64,000 nucleotides of DNA, taken from the NCBI GenBank assembly GCA_030704615.1, contig CM060734.1, positions 56,358,001-56,422,000 of the forward strand. The letters are read 5' to 3'. Position 1 is the first letter of the stretch. Each line of letters opens with the position of its first letter. The position numbers were made by a program, and so were the translations under genes. The stretch is from Takakia lepidozioides (lineage: Eukaryota; Plantae; Bryophyta). Of the stretch, positions 25,246 through 38,270 are shown one piece after another. The notes beneath the pieces are model-generated. The model ran no database searches. It was not told the origin of the DNA and saw nothing but the letters and a program-made list of their open reading frames with translations.

Positions 25246-27873
25246 ATGTATATATGGCGATCACATATTGGACAACGTGAAACCCGCTATCCTTCGGTTC
25301 CTCCTCGACTCCTCTGCACCTGCCACCCACTTACAGCTGCAAGGTTAAAAGCATGAAGAAGCTCCTCCTACATCCTTGTAGAAAAGGCCCTATTTGCTGG
25401 TGAGCCTCACTCCATCTCAGAAGAATTAAACCGTCATCAATCACGTAAGAAGAGACACATTTCAGCTATCGAGACCTCAAAATGGATCCATAATCCTCCT
25501 GGCTGGTAGGACCAATGAAGTAATCCAGAGTAGTGCATGCTGCCTCGCGTTGGATTCCTCTAACATCCGCCATCATGTTCATATTTGGGAGATCTTCAAT
25601 ATAAGGGTCACAAATTTTGGTAAGGGGTAGGTCCAAAACAGAGAGCTCAAGGACCCCGATACCATGGATTGCTTCTCATACGATGAATAAAAGACTTCCA
25701 CGCGCATCCACCCAACATGGCCCCATTGCCCGCCATCGACTCCTTTGGTTTCGAGGAGAAGAGCAAAACGTCCCAAAAGCGTTCTCTTGATCACAGAATT
25801 CAGGAACTTGGGTACATATGTCGTTTGTCCATCTCGCTCCAAGGAATGGGTTCAGAAGCTGAAGCATTTTGAGAATTGTTCGATTTGTTCTTTCTTTCCA
25901 CAAAGATTGCTTATACTACCTGCCTTTCTACCTCTTCATGGTCTCTTCCACCTCCTCGTGAGCTCGCCTACTAAGCTACAGTAGCTCATCTGACGATGGT
26001 GGGAAATCTAACGGTCATGGGCTCATCTCTCCTACCTCTTCAGCTACTACCTCTTCAAATCTAGAAAACCAGATCCCGAGTATGCGAAACCAAATCCATG
26101 AGTTTGGGCAAATCGCGTGTCCCTGCGCTTGTGGTTCTTGGGTCCCTTCCGCTTTCATGGGCAGTTGGCGCATCATCATTCACCACGGCCATCTTGACAA
26201 GATCTGACTAAGAAAAAATGGTGTATTTGAGGCCGTACACACCTCCAGAGCGACAACGGAAGAGAAAGTTGCAATGCCATGTTCGCAGAGTCTTCGTGGA
26301 GAGGATTCGGACGGGCAGTCTATTTCTATGGAATAATAATGTGGCATGCTGATGAAGTGTCCTCTTCTATCCTGATCTTGCAAGCAACGGTTGTTTGATC
26401 GAAGTCAGCACCTTCAACACTGTTTATAGTACTGTTGTGTAAACCATGCAGAAGGCCTCCAACCCCCAGCCCCAACACAAAGCATCTCCTCCACAGGCTA
26501 TGAAGAATAATCCTCGCCCAGAAACTGCTACTGCATCATCTCCCAAAACTGTTCCACTATCTACTCCACAAAGCGCTGAGAAAATATCATTTCCTGAGAA
26601 AGTGGGTCCTGCCCATTTCAGGAATTTGGATCGTTTTGGGGCGTGGCCAGGCTATCAAGATCATGCATCGTGTCCAGCAGTGCCAGAGAGTGCACCTGCA
26701 GAGATTGCACAGAGAACTGCGTCACCAAGGTGGAGCATGGTTGGAACAGTTGGCACAGAGATTGATTACACATGGGCCGATCGAGTCATGGGCGATCTAG
26801 AGTATGGCAGGAATCCTCAAGTACTCCTCGTTTCTCTATGCCACACAGAAAATATGGAATTTAAGGCACTGTGAGGCATTCATAGATCACAATAATTTGG
26901 AAAGTGTTACAAGTATTCTGGACGTGACACTTTCATCTGGAAAGAGAGTGCTTGAGATGAGGGAGAGAGAGAATGACGGCAGATAGAGATATATGGGTGA
27001 GATCTCTATGGATCGGGGGGTTCAGCATATGCTGCACACTGACTAACTTCATAGTTCTATAAAACATGAACGGATCCCACAAGTATTCTCGCATTGCTTT
27101 TATTGAAGATGCAAGTTTTTTCCAGTCGTGCCATCCAAGCCAAGTTCTGCGAATGACACACTGCTGAGTTCAATAATGTCTGCAGGCAAAGGAAGCACAT
27201 GATTGGATATGGTATAACGTCAAAGACCCTGACACTTTAGGTGTAAAGCCATCAAGAAGATGGAATCCTGCAGGAACTCGACAGCTTCCTCCCAAGCCCT
27301 TTTATGACAGAGAAGATGGTCATTTTTTGCTCAACAATACCTGTACACTTGTGACTCTGTTCCTGAAGCCCGAACTTCGAAGGCTGCAGTGCTATTTCTT
27401 CCCCAAGCTTCCAAAGATTATCCATCCCGTCTCCTATCACCCACCACTCCCCTATGTAACTCCACACTCCTTCCCCTATGGAATATTGTAGCAACAGAGA
27501 AAAGAAAAGAAAAGAAATGGAAGGCCTTGAAAACGTCCGACCGTGGGAAGCCCAAAGAGCTTATGGGTCGAAAATAGGAAACAACATGAAAATGGGCCCC
27601 CCAACAACGAGAAAGAAAGCATGAAAGAAGGAAATTACTACATCTGCAAGAGGTCCAAAGGGAGAGAGTGAGAGAACGACAAAACAAATTGTTGTAACAT
27701 GATTGCAGAACTGAGAGAGTGGAGAGGATCAATCTTCTACAATGATTACAGAACGCTCTAACATATTGGAGGATAGTCAAAGGCCTCAGTGCATCTTTTA
27801 TTCATTTGATAAGAGACACTCTCCGGGCATATGTTTTAAGGATTTTGAACTTCATTGGATGCTGAACAAACAG

Positions 27874-29161
27874 GTTCACCGTGCGAGCACAATTTGGAGT
27901 CGCCCCGCATATTGGGTGGCGCCTATGTTACCCTGGAATGTCAAATCTACCCGTGAGGAGCCTCAAATTGAAGAGCTCGCAACATATGATCGGTAAGGTT
28001 TGTCTGAGTATGATTCAACTTGACCTTTGGAGCTCATCACAGCCAGTGGTGTGGGGTTCCCCAGAAACATGGGCAGCCCCTTAGTGTGAGAATCATTTGT
28101 GATACTGGGTTGTCACATCTCCTTGACAAACCCACCGCAAAGAGAACTCAAAGAGAACAGATATGCCCATTTAGTCCACATTATGCCCCCAAATGAAACT
28201 GTAGCCACTTGTTTTCGGTTACAGCTTTGCTTCTCCCCTTTCTGAATCCCAAATAACCCCAGAATTTCTCATCCCCAAAGGGTATCTTTGCAGCAGCTTG
28301 AATAAGCATTACAGAGACTCAATCCTCACTGGGATGCTTGGAAGCTCTCCACCTGACTGAGCTCACTTACGGATCATGAATGTCTAAATAAAAACAACTA
28401 TCTGCTGCTGTTTTATTTCGATCGTACTGCAGTTTGTGGGCAGACAAGATCAACACAAAGGGCCACTACAAGAGGCATAAAACGGATATTGAACGACTAA
28501 GAGCGTTTCAAAGAATGCCAAAGTTACCACCACCACCACCACCAAAAGAGTTCATCCTATGCAAGTTGCGGTATGCTATATCTGCACATTGAACCCTTCC
28601 AACTCTTTAGGCCCATACAACTAGTATAACATTATACAGTTGTACTGCAGAGTTATTTTGAATCAAGAGTGTTACCGGCAACCATGAGGCAAATAGTAGT
28701 AGTTGCCCACATATTCGTCAAGAGTGATACCATCCTGGGGCTCACACAGGGATTTTGGTACTGTCCTCATCTGGATACCGTCATGTCACCTCTTGCATGA
28801 TATTGACATCTCAAGTACTCTGACTGTGATTCAAATAGAGTGCGCTGCAAGCTCTGATATAAGTTTGGATTACATTCCCCAGTACAAGCTTACAGGTTTA
28901 CTAAATGTGATCTTGAGCTTGTCATACAGAGTCCGAAGAGAAGAACTGCAGGCCATTAGAAAAATCAAAAAATGGGAAGACTCAACCTTGGATTTTTATT
29001 ATGAGAACGAGACTGTTGATATCATGACAATTATCTTGGCGGAAGAAGCAGCACGAAAGGCTGCAGAAGCTGCGGCTGAAGAGGCTGCGAGGGTGGCTGC
29101 AGCAGCAGCAGCTTCCAGTGCCGATTCCAGCTCTAAAGACCCTACCCCCCGGAGTGAGTGA
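27874..29161 (+). CDS. Unknown spliced protein; exons 27874-27992, 28433-28570, 28930-29161 (5' end uncertain, possible ATG at 27925)
   Basis: Two canonical GT-AG introns with matching phase give an open frame: MLPWNVKSTREEPQIEELATYDR|LWADKINTKGHYKRHK...PPPPPPKEFILCKLR|VRREELQAIRK...AEEAARKAAEAAA. Confidence 0.7.
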
Positions 29162-30829
29162 ACAATCTTCCACATTACGGTTGACCATTTTCAGTCTGCT
29201 TGCATGTCATCCGATGCAAGCTGTGCTCGTATAGCACCGTGCTCCAATTCATGTGAATTAAGGATTTAATTTTGACATTGTGACCAGCTAATGCTACAGT
29301 AATTGCATTGTCTAGGAGACTCCTAATTACTCCAAAAGGTCAGCAGGAATGTAGCATCTGCAAATGCAATACTTTTGAGTCCTCTCATCTCACATGGACG
29401 TATTTAAGCACACATCTTCAAAGCATTCCATCTGCACAGCTTTCTCATGCCCACATTTCCTTCCAACATTGTGAAGCCTGGTGGTAATAATGTCCAAGTT
29501 TCTGGGCCCTTTGGAGCCTCAAACATGTCGCAGTGTACCAGAGTGCCCAGCTTTGGATCCTGCCAAAGTGAAGGGGTTAGTATGTGTCAAAGCCTTCATC
29601 TATGCGGTTGCTGATGATAAATGGAAGGGGGCCATGTTTCAATCCAGCATTATCTGTATAGTAACCCACGTCATTACTAACTTGCAAAGAGTTGGATTGG
29701 CTCAAACGGATGATTTGTCTTCAAGACGCTAATGACTCAGACCTTAGACCCCTGTGTTCACACACCTGGAGAAAGGAATGCCTTCTGATGCCGTTTGTTC
29801 TCAAAACATTTAGAAAGAATATACTTCAATGGAATGTATGTTTGCAGATGATTCATGCTTTTGTAGGAGTCTAAATGAATATGTTGTCAACATATGATTT
29901 GAACTATCTGATGCATTCCTCCGCCACCGCTCTTGCTGTAGGTATCACGTGAGCACAAGGGCATATAGTTTGGTACATTCCCAGGATACCCAAAGAATAT
30001 GCTACTGCAAAAGGAGAATGTTCATACGTAACAAAAATTGCGCAACCATTATCAACTGTTCACGTAAACACAAATCAGAACAAATAACAAATATAGTAAA
30101 CATGTTACCACTATAGGGGGTTGGTAGATTGTGAGCACACCTCTGCGCACAGCTCAATGAGCATAGGAAAATGGAGTCGTGAGCACAAAATACGACAATA
30201 TGGTACCTATGTTTCCACAGAAATAGAATACCTTCGATAACAAAGGCGTTAGGGTTGTTGGGGTTAGTGGGGAGGGGGAAGGGTGGCAAGGTAGAGTTGT
30301 GAGAGTGTGGTGTGGTGTGGGTTGATGGTAGGCGGGAGCATGCATGTGGAGAAGACCAGTTTGAGGAGGGGGTTGTTGGTCATTAGATTGTGGCAGGACA
30401 ACGGAAGTAAGAGGGGACTGGGTATGGAGTAGTGGGAACGTGGTAGCTTGTTGTGAGAATTTCTGAGATTATTGAGTATAGAGGAGGTAGGGACTGACCT
30501 GTACTCAGGAAGTAAATCTTGTGGACTAGGGAATAGCCGACATGGAAAATCACAATCCAGGATGCATGATGCAGAGGGGTGGCAGAATAAGGTACGGAGG
30601 TAGAGGAGAAGCCGATAGGTCTCGGTTGTGGCTCTGGAGTATTTGAGGGTGAATTCACTGGGGGTGATTCTTTTGTAGGATACCAAAACTATAAATATTT
30701 GGAACTTGGAGCTTGTAGATAGATATTAGGGGTACTTATTTCGCATTAGGGCTCAGGGTTTAGGGACCGAAATAGGAATAGAAATAGGCACAAAAATCCC
30801 TATTTTGCGTGTAGAAACCCTATTTGTAT

Positions 30830-33140
30830 GTATCCTTGGTATAAAAACTCAGAATTCCACAGACTCATTTGGTGCTATCTGCCTAGACACATACTACCTA
30901 TGCCAATGGGCTGGCTTTTCATATGAAGACAACACTTGGCAAATTGAGGACGACCTATTTGGCTTGCATCATGACTGTGACCCTGACCACAACCTAACCC
31001 TCCTTATTGCCTTCCATAAACGTATCAACACCAACTACCTCACACACACTGACCAATAGCATGTATCCCAAACCCAAACCCGGGACAACCATCATGTGTC
31101 TCACCCGATGCCTGCTGCCAACATTCAAATTGTCACTACTGAATGCAACCCCGACAAGGACATTCTCCATGCCTCCCCTACTATATGCACAGGCCCCCAA
31201 ATGTCTATTATTTATACTATCAACGGCAGATTCCTTGGCCTCATTTCCAACGATAGGATAGTATGCTAGCTCCTGGAACGATACCTACGTGATATCCCCC
31301 ACGACCAAACCACGCTCCCAGACCAAACTCTCCCAAGCATACGCCCACAACACCATTCCCCTGATATTCTTACCCTCCTCATCAAGGGGATTCCTCCGCG
31401 TGAGCCTAGCCGCGTGAGCGTGTGAGCACGTGAGCGCAGTCAGGTTCACGCCGCGTCAGCAGTTCTAGTCACATTGGTTCACGGGTGGCACAACACATCA
31501 GCAGTCCTCGCTAGCGTGGTTGACGCCACGTCACGTCATGCCACATCACTTCCATAGGCACGGACCTATAACCGTGGACAGAACAGGCGAAAGGGGGGAA
31601 TGCTAGATCGTGAGCCCAGAGGCGTGAGGTAAGTGCCTATTTCCGCGGAATGATTTACCTTTTCCAGTCATTGCAGACTACATCTTTAATATCCATCCCA
31701 CCGCAGCCCCTCGTATCATAAACTGCGATTTGATAAGTATACAATTGCCGAAGTGAGACCTTTATCCCTCCCCTGAATGAGAGGTAGTGAAATCTTGGCG
31801 GGGAGGGGGTAATTGACTAGTAGGAGGGGTGTGGTGGAGTACCGGGCCCATAACCAGGCGAGCGTGCTAGTTTCAACAAGCTTTTGTATTAGTCGATAAC
31901 AGTAAGGTGTAGTAGTAGTTCCCAGTGCAGATCCCCAACCTTGAAAGTAGCCGGAGTGGAATTGAGGCTTTCCTATGTAAAAATCGCCCATATGGAATAG
32001 ACTGATTTAGATATGGTCTACATACTAAGCCCTTGCATGTTTGGAAATCAAGTATCAAGTATCAAGCAGAGGTGATGATCATCGACGGTCATCACAACTA
32101 CCCAAATGCCAAAACAGAGCAGAAGTGATGATCAGCACCGATCATCACTTCTGTTCTTTCTTTTCTTTTTCTTTTTCTCCGTATTGTGTCCAAAAAAAAA
32201 AAAAAATTGCTCTAGTTTGGCATTTTGGTAGAAGTCGTCCTGCTCTGTTTTGGCATTTGGCGTGTGCTTTGTTGGCAAGTTCTTAGAACTCATGCATCAT
32301 GGCACCTTTGGACGTCAAGATGGGCTCTTAGCTTTGAGGGGAAACCATCTTCTGCTAAACTTGTAAGCTTGGTCCACTCAGACCTTTTGTCTTTGTCACG
32401 TAAGGCGATCTGCATGGTTGGGGGAAGATGTTTGCAGATGTGCCCTCTGGTTGGATGCTATTATCCTATTATTTGGTCTTCCATCTTGGTCTATGGTGTA
32501 TCTCTGTTGTGTCGCTATATACTGCAGGCTTCTTTTTGATAACGTGCTCCCTCTTCTCTTCGTTATTTGGGGAAGAAGCAGCGTCTTCCTGGGTCAGCCT
32601 CTATGGAGCCTTATGAGGTTATTTTGTCATCCTTGTAATTGTTATTGTAAAACTTACAATTGTAATTGTAGAATGTTGTGGAATGGATGCCACAGTTTTA
32701 GGCTTATTTAATCCCATTTTGGGTATTCAAATGGTATTCTTGATGGTATTTTGGTTTCATGTTGCCTAAGTTCATCCCACGGTCATAGGACCCTCGGGTA
32801 TAGGCGCCGTATGCTTCTGTTGACGTGGGGATGCTGGCGTGGCGCCACGTCAACATTCCACACCATGGCAACCTGCTGGCATCACGCTCACGCCATGTCA
32901 CCAGTGTGTGAGTGTACGCTCACACACTCACGCGCGAGGCTCACGCAGTTGCGTCGTTGTCCTCATCACCTCTTCCAACTCACCCATTCGTACTACTCTA
33001 GCCCGCTTACCTAGGCCATATGAATCTCCAAACATTTATTAGCCCTATACTGATGGCTCCCTCACAGAAGCCAACGTCGGGTACGGCGTGTATCACGCTG
33101 CCACAAACCAGGGCACGGCCTCCAGACTCCCAAGCCTACC
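30830..33140 (+). pseudogene. Non-LTR retrotransposon remnant with chromodomain-like and RNase H motifs, interrupted by the 31385-32959 insertion
   Basis: YYLCQWAGFSYEDNTWQIEDDL (chromo-like), IQIVTTECNPDKDI, and after the insertion YTDGSLTEANVGYGVY (RNase H N-terminus). C-rich sense strand; frame continues across the empty site. Confidence 0.55.
31385..32959. mobile_element. Non-autonomous TIR element with 9-bp TSD (Mutator-like)
   Basis: TCCTCATCA at 31376-31384 and 32960-32968. Imperfect ~190-bp inverted ends rich in CGTGAG/CTCACG, including GGACCTATAACCGTGG vs CCACGGTCATAGGACC. The extreme termini match poorly. Confidence 0.65.
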
Positions 33141-33654
33141 ACCATACTCCGGGCTGAGTTCATGGCCATCTATGAAGCTCTCTCCCAATTATCTTCATTT
33201 TCCCCTCCACACTATTGCCACACTATATCTTTACGGATATGAGGGTAGCTCACGTGAGCACGCTCACGCTTAAAGTGGAAAACGTGAGCAGAATCCCTTA
33301 AGCGTGAGTAGATTAGTGAATGAAAGCCTACAACCAAGGGAAGAAGAGGGCCTATTGCCGTGGACAAAAACTACAATGCACGAACACATGCACACCCCAT
33401 CCGACAGGACAATCCAAGCTTCATGACGACCGTATGGCAGGGTTGTATACGTCAGTGACGTCACGTCACGTCGGACCTGACGCTGACGCGACCAACGTCA
33501 TGTCAGTTTTGCCGGAAAAATGAGTTAGGTGAAAAATATGCCACGTAGGTGGACACGTTGTATTCCAACGGACACCTTGGCAAGTGAATGAATTGTTTTA
33601 TAAATTACTCCATCCGCCAGTATTTGAGGTCATTTTTAAATCATTATTGTTAAA

Positions 33655-34200
33655 TTGGTGCGACCTCCAAATGTTGGTGGTCGCAGGTTTTATCTTATTT
33701 TTTAATAGTTGCGACCACCAGCAGAGGGGTTGTCGCAACATTTCTATTTTTTTTTAAATAGATGCGACCACCAGCAGGGATGGTCGCATTTTTTCCTTTT
33801 CTTAAACAGCTGCGACCACCGCTACTGGTGGTCGCACAATTTTTATTTTATTTGTAATAGGTGCGCCCACCATCAGGGGGGTGGTCGCAGCATTTTTCTA
33901 TTTTTTTAATAGGTGCGACTACCAGCAGGGGGGTGGTCGCAGCAATTTTCTGTTTTTTAATATCTGTGACCACGAGCATGGGGGTGGTCGCAGCATTTTT
34001 CTTCTTTTTAATAGGTGCGACCACCAGCAGGGGGGTGAGCAATTTTTTGGTTTTTAATATCTGCGACCACCAGCATGAGGGTGGTCGCAACAGTTTTTTT
34101 TTTTTTTAATAGGTACGACCACCAGCATGGGGTGGTCGCAGCATTTGTTAATTAATTTAAATAACATGCGACTTCCTCGTGCAACCTGGATCGGTCGCAG
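33655..34200. repeat. Left subterminal array of TGCGACCACC-n-GGTGGTCGCA hairpins separated by T-rich spacers
   Basis: About 11 units of ~50 bp. Confidence 0.9.
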
Positions 34201-34539
34201 CATTGGATTCTGATTCGTCGAGCGTGTGAGGCTTGGAGGCTGGAGGGTATATAAGGTGGTCACAATGCCCCTCACTTCTTTTGTGGAAAACACTTTTGTG
34301 GCGAGTAAATGTTCTCTATTCCTTGAGCAAGAGTGTAGCCCAAGAGGAGGGTGCGGACCGTTTGCTGTTGTGGCTTCTACCAGAGCCACTGCAGCAAATT
34401 GTCGAAAAGCACAATACTACATGGTGCATTGATCCACTTGGATTGATGCCGTAGTATTGGGCCATCGCATTCTGTTCTAACTTCTATTGTTCTTGACAAA
34501 TCTACCAAGTACACTAGTGTTCTTCGTTCAACCTTAAAT

Positions 34540-36740
34540 CTGTGGTTAAGGTTTTGGGTGTGAGGATAAGAGAAGAGTGGATCTCTTGGTTCACCGTAGA
34601 CCCGCACAAAAATAACGGTGTTCAATGCAATCTCTGTGCATTGAAGTTGGCGGGTCGCAAAGATCGCATATTATATCACCTCGGCTACAGAGATGGGAAG
34701 AATGCAGGGGTTAGTTTGTGCCCAAAAGCCTCCATGCGAGTGAAATCTCACTTTGCCCAATGTGAAGGCAATATCACACCGTCTCTTGATGTGGCCGCGG
34801 CTTTTGAGCCAAACACTCTATGTTCGAATCAAAAATGTCCATCAGAGTTGTACCTATGGGGATTCTTACAAGACGTCTGTTGTTCGTGGAGAAGCCGGTG
34901 GGTCAGGAGCAACACCCGATTGTACACCAACATTTATACGGACCAGACCATTGAGGCAACAATCAATGCAAGAAGGCTTAAATTTGTCGCACAGGAGGAC
35001 TCTGGATAAGAAGTGGGCCCAATTTTTCTACGAGGCCAATATTCCGTTCAATGTCTCGAGGCTTCATGCGTTTATGGCTACTATCAAAGCCACGGCCGAT
35101 TCCAAGTCCACATACACACCTCCGAGTTATCGCGATCTCCGCATAGGATTGCTAGAAGAGACTATGTCTGACCTCACCCAAAAAGTGAATGAAAAGACAG
35201 ATGATTCTCTCCGGAAATATGGAAGCACTATATGTGCGGACGGTTGGAGTTCTGTTACTAATCGACCACTGTTCAATGTCATGCTGGTCTGTCCTGCGTG
35301 GGAACAATTTTTGGGATCCGTTGACACAAGCGGGGAGATAAAATATGCACGTTATCAAGCAGGGTTGTGGACGAGATTCATCGATAAAATTGGAGCTGAT
35401 AAAATTGTCCAAGTGTGCACGGATAATGCATCTAACATGGTTAATATGACCGATATTTTGATGGTACGATATCCCCATCTATATTACCAAGGGCGTGTTG
35501 CTCATATCTTTGATCTCCTTTTGGTGGATTGTGGAAAAGAATCATGGATGAAACAACTAGTAAAAAGGGCAAAGTAGGTTGTGACGTTCATTCGTACATA
35601 TCACATCCCTCTAGCATTGTTTAGAAAGCATGAACCCAAATACAGCCTTAGGAACCCGGGTGAAACTCGCTTTGCCACAAACTTTTTGATAGTGGATCGA
35701 CCGGTGACTGTGATGGCGGGTCTAGAGCAGGTGATCATAGACCCTCAATGGGATGCGTATGTGGGCACCTTACGCGACACTCGTAAGTCCAAGTCTTTGA
35801 ACAAAAGTCGGAGGGTCTGCGCAATCATTCGCTCCGACGATTTCTAGGCGAAATGTGCAAATTTTGTGTACATGGTAGAGCCGGTGTTGATTGCTTTGCG
35901 GGAGTTTGATGGAAAACAACCAATAATGGATAAAACATGGTTGACATTGGAAAACCTTGAGAAGCACATGCAATCATTGAGGCGTTCTCCATTTTCTATG
36001 AACGATGATTTGGCGGCAAGGACCGAGGATGCATTTTACGACTGCAAACGGATGGTTCGCACGAACTTGCATTATGCGGGGGCCTTGGTGAATCCATTCT
36101 TGCTGGATAATACGGATTTGAGAAACGATGTGGATGTCAAGTCGGGCTTGTATAGGTCATCATACAACTCGCGCCCGTGACCATGGCAGAGCGAGTTTTG
36201 TCCGAGTACCAGTGCTTCTCGGATCGCCAGAATCTTTTTCATGACATGTCGGATCCAAAAGCAATGAACATGTGGTCACATGAATGGTGAGATCTAATTA
36301 GAGCTGGAGCAAAAATGTTAGCTCCCATTGCAAAACGTACTCTTATTCAAGTGTGCTCTACCTCGTCCTGTGAGCGGAACTGGAGCAGTTACTCGTTTGT
36401 TCACAACAAGATTCGCAACAGGTTGAATCCTGCCAGGGCTGACAAATTTGTTTATGTCTACACGAAATGTAGGCTACTGCGAGAGAGGACAGCAAGTGAC
36501 GCATCTGCATGGTACGAGAAGAATCTGTTGTGTGAAGAATCTGCCTCAAAGGTCCAATCTAGCAGCAATGATGACACTGACACCGCGAGGGACTCCGATT
36601 CCGACGGTTGGGATGGGTCCGATGATGCGGGCAATCCTCCACATGACTCATATGAATTTAATGATGATGCTGCTGCAATGCATCTATCCTTCGATGACCT
36701 TGTTGTTGATGAACTGCGACATGGTGTCATCTTGCACTAA
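34540..36740 (+). pseudogene. hAT transposase pseudogene (BED finger, DUF659-type core, C-terminal dimerisation region)
   Basis: VQCNLC...RILYHL, WAQFFYEANIPFN, ICADGWS, VQVCTDNASN, PGETRFATNF, LHYAGALVNP, SSCERNWSSYSFVHNKIRNRL. Several stops and frameshifts. Confidence 0.92.
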
Positions 36741-36989
36741 CAATTGTCATTTCACAGGCTACAATTGCAATTTGAGGGGTTGCAATTAAATTTCAGGGGC
36801 TTTAATTGCAATTTGAGGGGTTGGAATTGACAATTTCAAGGGCTCAAATTACAATTTGAGAGGTGGCCGGAGTTGGTCATTTTCGGGACTGGCATTACCA
36901 ATTTTAAGGGCTTGAATTGTATTTTGAATTGTAATTCAAGGTTTAGAATTGGCCATTGGGGGGCTAGAATTACCAAAGCTATGACATCC

Positions 36990-38270
36990 AAAGCAATATA
37001 AAATCATTTGATAGCGGAATGATTGGTTTACCCTTTCAACCATTTTTTATTCACGTCATACTTATCCGGTACTTGTAAGAGGGCATGTGGCTGACACTTG
37101 CAAAGCTTCAAAGCAATGTAAAATCATTTGATAGGGGAACAATTGGTTCACCCTTTCAACCATATTTTACTGACCTCATACTTGTCCGGTACCTTTAAGA
37201 TAGCATATGAAAGACACTTGCAAAGCTTTAAAGCACTAAAAAATCATTTGATATGTTCATGATTGATTCACCTTTTCAATCATTTTAGATTGACTTGAAA
37301 CTTGTGAAAGACCTGTAAGAAGGCATGTACAAGACACTTGCAAAATTTCAAATCAATTTCAAATCATTTGGTAGGGGGACGATTGGTTCACCCTTTAAAC
37401 CATTTTAGATTGATGTCATACTTCTCAAAGACGTGTAAGAGGGCATGTAGAAGACACTTGCAAAGTTTCAAAGCAATAAAATATCATTTCATCGGGGAAG
37501 TTTCCATTCACCCTTTCATCCAATTTTGAATTGAACTAGATTTTTACTAAATAAAATGATTTAGAGGGCATAGGATTGTGGGGCGCAATGGTGTGGGGCG
37601 CAATGATTTTGTTTTTGGCTTGATTTTGTTCTGTGAGTTGAACCCTCACACCACCACATCTTTGCCAAAAAATGTACCAAAGAAAAATGTTTGAAAAAAA
37701 ACGTTTATCCTTTGCTCTATGCTCACTATTGCAGAACTCTCTATGAAGAGTGCATGAAGTTGAAGATAACTTCACCTTGGAGTGCAAATGAGGGAATAAA
37801 ATGTGTTTTGGATGTAGACGATGTCTGTTCATGGTGATATTTTGCATGCAACTCTTCATGTTGTCATCAAGCATATGGCTTCAGAACGGAATTAAAAACA
37901 ATTCATGTGCAGGCGAAAGGTTGTTTCTCGTCTATACGACACGTACCTCCGTTATGAATTTGAATAACCCATTCAAACAACTTTATTGAAGTTCAACTTT
38001 GGTCCATATATGCATAAGTACGTACAAATCACATACACAAAGTTGCAAGCGAAGAGAAAATCATTTGCCCCCCGAACGACTCGTTAAACCTTTCAACCAA
38101 TTTTCAATCATGAATCATTTAATAGGGGAACTATTGGTTCACCCTCAGAACCATTTTAGATTGACCTCATACTTGTCCGGTAACTTAAAGAATGCATGTA
38201 CAAGACACTCCCAAAGTTTCAAATCAATCTAAAATCATTTGGCAGGGGAACGATTGGTTCACCCATTTAC
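36990..38270. repeat. 120-bp tandem repeat (about 4.5 copies at 36990-37530, further copies at 38040-38270)
   Basis: AAATCATTTG...GGTTCACCCTTTCAACC...AAGACACTTGCAAAG recurs at 120-bp intervals; ~500 bp of unrelated sequence interrupts the array. Confidence 0.85.

Noticed and set aside
27517-27700. First coding exon of the 27874-29161 gene
   Set aside because: The frame closes after ~35 codons and no in-phase donor could be supported.
33709-34109. ORFs in the TGCGACC arrays (also 49223-49819)
   Set aside because: Translations of subterminal repeats.
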